A DNA stretch of 57,733 nucleotides, the filler included, from Platydemus manokwari (Eukaryota): NCBI GenBank assembly GCA_037951405.1. It is 5 parts of 5 records of this genome, joined end to end, with 100 filler letters (N's around TTAATTAATTAA, not from the genome) between each part and the next. Parts side by side here need not be neighbours in the genome. Positions count along the whole stretch, not along the records: positions 48,145 to 57,733 come from JBBMOY011228543.1; 4 more parts are not named here. One strand, 5' to 3'. Below, in pieces: positions 48,754 to 57,733 of the stretch. The notes under the pieces were generated by a model. The model made no database searches and was not told the origin of the DNA. It saw nothing but the letters and a program-made list of their open reading frames with translations. Position 1 is the first letter of the stretch. Every line of letters begins with the position of its first letter. The translations under genes were made by a program, and so were the position numbers.

Positions 48754-51700
48754 TCATCTACTGTACATCACACCAATTTCAATCCCAGAACAACAAGAAA
48801 TATCTCTCAACTCTAGATTTCTGAAAGGGAATATGAACATAAAATAAATAAAATTTTTATAACAAACCCATTAGACTCGATTTTCCACCACTGATTTGAC
48901 TTGAGTTTCCTGTGCAAAATCGTTGATCCATAATTGTTTTTTACTATCACAGCACGCGGTGAATATAATATATCTCCGTTATCAGCTAAATAAATAAAGA
49001 TTATTACAGATCAATTGATTGATAAGGCTTATACATGGAATTCTAATATCATCACATATTTTCTCAAAAAAGATCAAATTTATCTCATTTGAATATCTGT
49101 ACATATCTGACAAAAATAAAGTTATCAAAAGATTATGACAAATAATTGATAATTACGAATAAACAGATATTGTGGAGCAAGACTAATAACTCGTTTCAAC
49201 TTCAACTGAACAAAATTACAACAATGCCAATTCTAGTAAAATATAATGAGTATAAATCAGAAATATAAAAAGTACATTCATTTCGTGTTTTTGTGGAGTG
49301 AATAAATGCAAAATTGCCTCTGTAGATGACATAGAAAATTCTTTAATTATTTTCAAAATAACACATTCAATTTTGAGAAAATATTACTTGATACTGGTAT
49401 AGTTATTCCAATCATTTTTTGATATAGATTTGAATGAATTTGTGAACAATTCTCACAATATCCAGTTAAACTTTCTTTAGCAAAGAATAAATCTAAAATG
49501 TAAAAAGTATAATAAATATTATTATTTACTGATTATGTAATAAAAATGTTTTCAGTAAATGAAATTATTTTGAAAAGTAAAAAAGTTTATTACACATTCC
49601 CGTAAATGAGCGCGAGTGTTTCTCCTGTATTTTTGTGCTTAACTCAAATCAAGTTTTCGGTTTGCTCTATCACATAGGGTTTTTCCAGGACATGTGGATT
49701 GAAATTTTTATTATTTGAAGAGAAAAAAGGTTCTGGAATAGATATGTATATTTATGGCCACAAAAAGGAGCTCTTTTCGAAATTATATTAGGTTATTTCA
49801 AATGCTCATAGCTTTGAATTTTAGAGTTCGAAAAAAATTCCAGAAATTGTAATAATTATCCATAATCGTTCTTCTATGTTTGTGTTGTAGTGATATCTAA
49901 ATATAGAAAAAACTTTACTCCTCTCATTACTAAGTGCCATGAACTCTGTCTTCGATGTAGGATTAGATATTAAGTGAAAGCTTGGATTTGAATTTTTAAT
50001 AATTAAATTTATATCAAAATAAAATACAATTAATAATATAGTGATAAATAATAATATTAATCTATTTATATCATAATTAATATCATAATCTTTCAGAATA
50101 AACAGTATATTTAGTTAGTGTTTATTTGCGATTAATAATTTATTTTATTTTCCTTAGCTTTATTAAAAGAACTAAAAAACTACTTTAGCGGTTAATTAAA
50201 TAAAAATAAAATAATTATTTGGCCAACCTTAATAAAGATAAATATTTTCCAGCGTAGCACAGAAATAAAACAAAAATTACCGTATACAAATCCAACATTC
50301 TGAGATGTTTCATGAGGACTTAATTTTTTTTTAAAAACCGAATTTATTTTTTCTAACAAAAACGAGTAACATTTGAATAAATCAAAGCTGAAACACAAAT
50401 AAATAAAAATCAAATAATTTTTTAAAAAAATAATTTTAAATATCAATTTTAGGAATAAATTTTTTACTAAATGAGAAATCCAAAAAAAACTTATTTATTT
50501 ATCCGCTCACATGTTCGAATCGGTTTAATATTGTTTCCAATTATAACCGTAGATAAATTGGTTTTCTAATGACGTTAATAATTGCTAAAACTTCAATTGC
50601 AAAACAATCTCAAAATTTGATCATTTTATCATTTGAAAATAGAATCAAATATATTATTAATTTAAGTGAAATTTGGAGTTATTTTTGTAAATACATGACT
50701 TCAATTGTCAAATCCATTTTTAAAGTCTTCATTAGTTAATCAATTGTTGGGTGTAAACGAATACAAAAATAATATTTGGATCCGAAAGTTCTGTACATCA
50801 GATAATTATTTCTAAACCATTTGAAACACATTAAGATTTTGAAATTTTTTTTTAAATGTTACATTTCGAAAAAAGAAAAAAATACTTCTGAGCAAATTTT
50901 TAATAAAAAGTTAAAAAGTAAAAACAACGTAATTTCTATCATTTTATAAATTTGATTTGTATGACATTAAATTTGTATAAATTCATCAAACAATTTTTAA
51001 TTTAAAAGTTATTTAAATCAGTAATTAAATGATATTCGTGCAAGTTTTCTACCTACTAATAACATAATTATACTTTAATATTTGAAATGAAAGAGTTTAT
51101 AAAGATATCAACTTATAATTGAATCAATATATCAATTTCAAATGAATTTTAATATAAACAAATGCAAATAAGATGTGAAGAAAGAGAAAATTAATTGAAA
51201 GATATATTAACAAATAATAAAAGCACACAACTAAGGACCTTCAAAGCTCATTTGAACACGATTAGTCTGGTATAATGACATTGTTTATTTATGGATAAAT
51301 ATATTTTTCCGGTGATTTTTTGCTTTTTCCAAGTTTGATTTTTTCAAGTAATTGTGTATTTTTTAATTCATATTTAATATAAGGCAAATAAATATATTAC
51401 AAAGAATAATTTCCAAAAATAAGTTTAAAATTTCTCAGGGGTTCCACAGCTATGACTATAATCCATCATGGAAGATAATTTCAATTGTATTCAGAAATGA
51501 GTGTGTATACATAAAATCTATCACTTTGTTTAACTCAGTTATTGTTTTCCAATTAATTATTGAGCTGTTGTTAAGTCATCTTTGAAAATGATTAACGTTT
51601 GGAAATACTTAAAATCTTAGGTGTTAAGAATGGCGAAAGTCTTTCTTCGTAGACAATTAACACACCGCAATTCATATATATATAACTGTTTAACTGAAGT

Positions 51701-54700
51701 GCACATAAAATGTAATTTAAACGTGTTATAATATTGAAATATACAAATATATAAGTTAAGAAGCTCCTTGATAAATGTGATGCTCATCTTTAGCTTATTC
51801 AATTTAATGGTCAATCTGGCAATAGTTAAAATATAAGTAAATTTAATATGATAACCGTCATCAATTTTATAAAACATTGTAATTATAAATCACAACAGAC
51901 TACAAAACCAGAATTATCAGTAAACATGGTCGAAATAATTTCAAATCAACAATAGACAATCACGCAAAATGGGATTAGCAATCGAATGTCAAACGGCAAA
52001 ACAGATGTCAATCACAAAGACTAATCAGATAAATATATTTCAGCATTCAATATTTTATTAAATAAAAGTTTTAAAAATTCTGAAAACATTCCATCATGAT
52101 ATTTAATTTATAAAATTTGTCAGAATTAATTACCCAAACCGATTTTAATTATAAAGATAGATTCTCGATAATTTATAACTTTAAAAATAATATTACTCTT
52201 GTGAAGATTCCGAAATGTTCCATTTGATTGTTTTCACTGATTCTATAATTCTATCATGAGCACCATCAACAACGAAATGAAGTAATTGACATAAATCTAG
52301 AATATTTTAAATATGTAATCATACAGAAATCTATTATAAGCAAAAATTAAATAATACATAAAGGTTTGAATTTATTTATAAATGCAAAGAAGCTGATTAA
52401 AATTAATTTAAAATGATATAAATTAAATAAAATCCAAATACAAGGAATGAGGCACTTTAGATTCATCATTCATAAATTTGTAGAATTAGAGTTGCCAATC
52501 AATCTAAAGATGTTTCATGTAAATTTTAAGAATGACGCAAAATATAATCTTTCATTAGCATCGAATCCAATATTCAAATTTTATAAAGATATTAATATTT
52601 AAATTATTTTAGTGTTATTAATTGAATATTGATTGATATTGAATCGAATCGAGTGGATTTTCAATTAATTTAACCTCAATTGATCTTGACAGGAGTAAAT
52701 CTTGAAAATTAAAACTTATTTTCAAAATTCATCAATGTCCAACCAAAATATATTTTCTAATTTAATATTTCAATAAAACAATACACAAGATTAAGACGGT
52801 GTATTAAATAGTTTTTAAATTTCGTAACATTATCGTTATTATATTTTCTCTCAAATTCTAGTTTATCATTGATTTCAAAAAATTTCTTATTTGATTGAAG
52901 GCCTATTTGTGTTATTTGCAAATCGACTTAAATTATTTCTTAAAATCATAAAAATAAAAATCAATCATAAGAATGGTTATATCTTAAAAAATTCGCGAGC
53001 TAAAGTTAACATCAATCCTTGCTACTTCAATGAAACACCAAAAGAAATAGTAAATTTTTCAAAAGTAATTTACCAACAAAATACAGTTTATTAGGAAATA
53101 ATATAAAATTGGTTAATCTCAGTTTCATATCGTGCAAGTACAGATCTTTATTTCTATGAAATCTTGTTAGGATTGCTTTAACATTTGAAGTTAAGATTTT
53201 CAAAATTGTTTGAAGACAGACTAAAGATATAAATGATTGAAAATTATCTAGATTTTTTTAATATAATTATAATGATTATGAGATTCTGTTTACTGAACTG
53301 CTGACAATTATTCCGACATAAAGTCTTCTGGCAGACTCATATAGAAATTCTTTCCACTCATAAGTATCTGATAGGACATCGAATCGAGCTCCACGCTAGC
53401 ACGTTCAATGTCAGAAATAATTACAATTAAATTGTGAGAAATTGTTATGATTTAATTTTGATTTTATCTCAGCATATCTTTCATAGTAATAAATTATTAT
53501 TGAATTTAAATTTTTCTCAAAGAATGAGATAATCAAAGTTACAAACCATTGATAAAAATCAAATCTTGGACTGTTAAATCTGGATATAATTTTAAATCTA
53601 ATTTAGCAATTTCATCGCTATTGTGTAATTCCAGCAATCTTTCTACAAAAGGTGAACAAGCAAAAAGCATTCCCAATATTAATACAGAAGAGTTTACATC
53701 CTAAATGTATAGAAAATAATGTGTATAATTAATATTATTTAGATTACATTATTACAATTTAGAGTTATTGCAATTGACTTGAGTGTTTTTTCAAAGAGTT
53801 CTTCGTTAACATTGTCATCATGTTGATCATGTAATATCTCTTTATCAAAATTCTTCAGAATATCAGAATAAATCTCCTCCAGAATGTCTCTGGCGAATTC
53901 GTGCACAGAAAATTGATCAATTACTATATCTTTAACATCATTAAGACACTCAATAATTGAATAATTCAGAATGTCAGAATAAATCTCATCGAGAATTAGT
54001 GTGTAAGTTGTATGAGAATCTTCAATAAAATCGGAATTATCATCATTTTGCTGAAATAGTGCTTCATTTGCCTTAGAATAAGAATTTTCAATTTTATTTT
54101 CATCTTGTATTTCAATAATATTAGGAAAGTGTTTCTCCAATAATCCTTTATCTTTTTCATTCTTCTTACTGACACTGCTTTCGATATAAATATTGATGGA
54201 TGAAACAGAATCACTAAATTGTTCCAAAAGTTCCATCATAACACCCGCCACATTATAAGTCACCAAATCTTTCTCTGTAATTTCATGGGACCTGTAAAAA
54301 AGAATATTTCATAAAATTTTAAAATAGGCATGATTCATTATTCAAAGTGAGTATCAAAATTTTTGAAAATCTTCTTTTAACCAAATAACTCCAAGTGCAA
54401 AAATATATGATTTCTCTCTACTTTGTCAAATAAATGCCTGAAGATGTTCAACATTTCTTAGAAAACATTTAGAATTTCGGTATTCTCTTGATGGAAATCT
54501 TAAATATACAAACATATTCGAATGTACAACTAATGAGTTACAATGTGTACAATGTATAATGTTTTTAAATATAAAATAGATAGAAAATGTAATAAATTTA
54601 TCACGACATTCAAAATTAACAAAATAACAATTATAGTTTTAATGCGTTATGACAGAACAGATTGTTCTGTAAAAAATATACACTAGGTGGATCTTATTAG

Positions 54701-57166
54701 TCAATTTTTATGCAGTTTTACATAAATGAAAATTAAATATAATGATTCTGCTTTCACTTTTCATGCACAGAATTCATTCTATCGTTGTAAATTTATGATC
54801 CTCATTTATAAGATCATTTATTTCAATATTGGAGAGTAATACAAGAGATGCAGTGTATAAGAACCATTCATATAGTTTGAGTGTTAAATGCAAGTAACTA
54901 CACTAATATGATTATTAAAAAAGTTTCATTAAAAAATTATTGAATTATTTCATTTTTTGCAATCAGGGGCGGTCAAGCTTGGTAATTTTGCCCATAAATA
55001 TATCTACAAATATACATATAATAACTTGTATATAATCATAAAATGTTTGAGATAATTGTGTCCGTAAGACATTTGCAAAACCAAGAAAAATATTTGTTAT
55101 AAACATATTTCAGAATGATTTTCAAAATCAACCTCCTGAAATATTTTTTCTATTATTAAATTCCATATCTTTCTGAAGCTGTATCGAGGAAATATCGGTT
55201 TTATTTGATAATTTGAGGTTTTTTAAACCAATTTTAATACATCCTGGTATAACTGAATCGGAACCTAGTAATATCCATTTAAATATTTAAGAACATGATT
55301 CTTTTTAGAATTTTACAAATTTTTGTAAACTTATGAAGATTGCCCCCGTAATCCATTTATTCCATTCATAACGCAATTTATGTTTTAAAGATTTGCAGAC
55401 AGAAATATCTAAACCTTAGGTAATTTTGGGTAAACCAGAAGGTGTAATGGTAATTGAGAGTATTTTTTTTATTAATTTCTCATTTATTAATAATGATTCG
55501 GGATAAAAGAAACTATCAATCTCGTATTTCCAAATTTTACTTCTTAATTTTTCATCAATTATTGACTCAAACAATCTTTTCCATTAACTTTAAAAACTAT
55601 TCCTAATTTAATTTTCACTATTGGTACTGTTTTTCTTTACAAAATTACTATTGTTGTGAATTTACCGATCATACAAATGTGAAGCTACATTTAATCAAAA
55701 GCCAAGTTACTCGGCATGTCCAAAGTTATCAGAAATTTATCAATAATTTCTTATCGAATTTATTCATTTAAATTTCATTGATTATTTCTTCTAATAAATT
55801 ATAAAAAAACGGTAATTGAAAATAAAAATCTTATTGAAATATAATTAAAATTCACTCACTCGAAATCTTCATAGGTCCTCAAATTTTTGTTTATATCAGT
55901 GACCAAATATTTAATATCATTTGCGTCATTAAGTTGATGCAAAATTGACTTTAGCGAATATATTTTATTTCCTGATCAAGATGAACAAATATTAATATGT
56001 ACTTGTAACAACAGAATACAAACCAGGTAAATGGACTGTATTTACCAATATAAGGGATTTTCTAAAAGTCGAATTTTTCTCGAAACCTATACAAATCAAT
56101 TTAATAAAATAAATAAATTATTTACATAAGAATAAATATTTGGGAGTACAGCACATTTCTAAGTTAGTGGAAACGTTTTGATAAGATTCGTTTATCTTTA
56201 CAACATTAATGTGAATTTGAACACAGACAACAATTAATTTACATTCTTTTCAGTCGAAGACCTTAGACCATGAATATATTTTTCAATAGATTCTTGGAGA
56301 CTTTCCTCCTTTTCCTAAAATTTAAATTTAATAATATGATTTCTTGTAAAATTATAAGGTTTACTGAGAACTGAAATGGGGAAAAATATTTGATAAAAAT
56401 TTACAATTTCAGAATAGATTTTATAATTGATGTTTAATCAAATTGTTTCAATGAAAAACGAATAATTTAAAAAATAAAACTAATATTTAATTCTACATAC
56501 ATAAAAACAAATCAAGAATTTAATCAATTAATTCATGAACTATACACAACGTGTTTGACCAAGTTCATTATTTAACCATTAAATTTACAAAACTATGAAA
56601 ACAAAAACTAATTAAAATCAGATAAACACAAAATTCATTTCCATGTATGCACCATTTTGAATTGATAAATTATGAATTGCAAAAAGTGCTCTACTACGCA
56701 CGAAGCGACATTTGGTAAGACATTTTATCTTCAAGGGGTTTATCAATGAATGCAAAGAAAAATTAATTAGTATTAAATCATGTGAAAAGCCAATTTTTCT
56801 TATTTTGAATATTAACATCTTACGATGAAGTTTCAAAATAGAAAACAACAAATATATTTATCAAACTCCGAAAATTATTATACAAGTTAAAAAAGATATT
56901 TAATTAAATACTACGTCAAAATACAATATTCAAACAAAGACGAGATTTTTATTGCTAATAAGTGATGAGTTCTTATTTTACCAGGTTATTAGAATTCTAT
57001 TACATAAAAGTAATTTAAACAGTAAAAATATCATCATTGTTTTAATTCTAAACAATAATTACCGTTAGTGGCAATGAAATAGCCACGAATGGATTAATTT
57101 CTTTTTCAAATACATGTTCGCATTTCAAACATTTACTTTTTAAAGACATTCTTCCAGTAAACAAGT
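48754..57166 (-). CDS. Multi-exon protein with two tandem, catalytically degenerate USP (peptidase C19) domains; 5'-partial
   Basis: Domain 1 exons 57166-57063 (LFTGRMSLKSKCLKC...PFVAISLPL), 56314-56243, 56195-56126 (TPKYLFL), 56086-56024, 55971-55860 (YSLKSILH), then ~54498-54380. Acidic linker exon 54291-53748. Domain 2 exons 53700-53547 (Cys-box helix LGMLFACSPF), 52296-52197 (LCQLLHFVVDGAHDRI), 49492-49388 (LFF...CENC...ITIP), 49340-49276, 49232-49157 (APQYLFI), 49106-49035, 48985-48868 (YSPRAVIV...QWW) and 48820-48754 (VMYSR*). Some internal exons (49.6-53.4 kb, ~54.4 kb) are not fully resolved. Confidence 0.8.
55130..55813 (-). mobile_element. Degraded pogo-family (DDE_1) transposase relic inside a USP-gene intron
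   Basis: Minus strand: ITLDMPSN, RKTVP..KI..GIVFKVNGK, IDSF, TPSGL..*GLDISVCKSLKHKLRYEWNKW, KWIL..DSV..CIKIG, following pogo motifs (FDMP, LQPLDVSVNK.FK..LR..W..W). A TACCGT-type end lies at ~55813. Confidence 0.75.
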
Positions 57167-57733
57167 CTAAAATAATATAGTACAGATTTTATAGTTCATG
57201 CAAAATTAATGGAAAATTTTATAAAGCGAGACCAAGATATTTTATAGTTGTTGAATTTATAATTCAAATGCTTTATTAATTTTTAGGTACTAAATAAATC
57301 CAATATCAGAAGCAATTTATAAATGATAATATCAAAATATAGATTCTAGTTTATATGCGTCAAAATCTTCAATGATACAAAAAAACAATTACATAAGCGT
57401 TACACAACATTGTAAATAAATATTGTTATATATTATATTTAGTGGTACAAAACACTCATTGAAAAATAAATGATTCTTTTTAGTAGAAATAAATCACATA
57501 TATTATACTCAGACTAATAAGTGAAATTTCATTAAAAAAATAGGTGTCTGAAACTTATTACTTTCTTAACGAATTGAAGAAAAACATACAGAGGAAATAG
57601 AAATATTGGGCTGAAAGTTAAAGAATGATAAAATTGAATAAGAAATTTGAAATATACTGGAAAATATAATATAATCGAAACTTTTGTTGTTATTATCAAA
57701 AATAATTTTGAGATTTAACTAAACTGATATAAT

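Noticed and set aside
55135-55264. Apparent extra constitutive exon of the USP gene
   Set aside because: Phase does not fit the neighbouring exons, and the peptide continues the pogo transposase relic.

Overview
AT-rich, intron-dense eukaryotic (animal) nuclear DNA. By inference it comes from an invertebrate such as a flatworm; many introns are only 39-54 nt, GT-AG, read with the standard code. The window is five contigs joined by artificial 100-nt spacers (44 N + TTAATTAATTAA + 44 N), so adjacency across spacers is unproven. Genes: the 3' part of ALDH4A1/P5C dehydrogenase (+), an intronless FCP1/CTDP1-like phosphatase (-), an intronless RING protein (+), two intronless orphan ORFs, a spliced RET/FGFR-like tyrosine kinase (-), a complete GABARAP/Atg8 (+), and a large spliced minus-strand gene that the ORF track almost entirely misses. 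That gene encodes two tandem USP (deubiquitinase-fold) domains with mirrored exon structure and no recognisable catalytic His in either; domain 2 also lacks the catalytic Cys. This tandem pseudo-deubiquitinase is the most novel-looking item. The rest is decayed mobile DNA: a full-length Buster-type hAT with TSDs, two hAT MITEs, Tigger and pogo relics, Gypsy relics, and an R2/NeSL-group non-LTR element nested in a Gypsy. There are also candidate old NUMTs, a 58-bp palindrome and a possible degenerate minimal hammerhead ribozyme.
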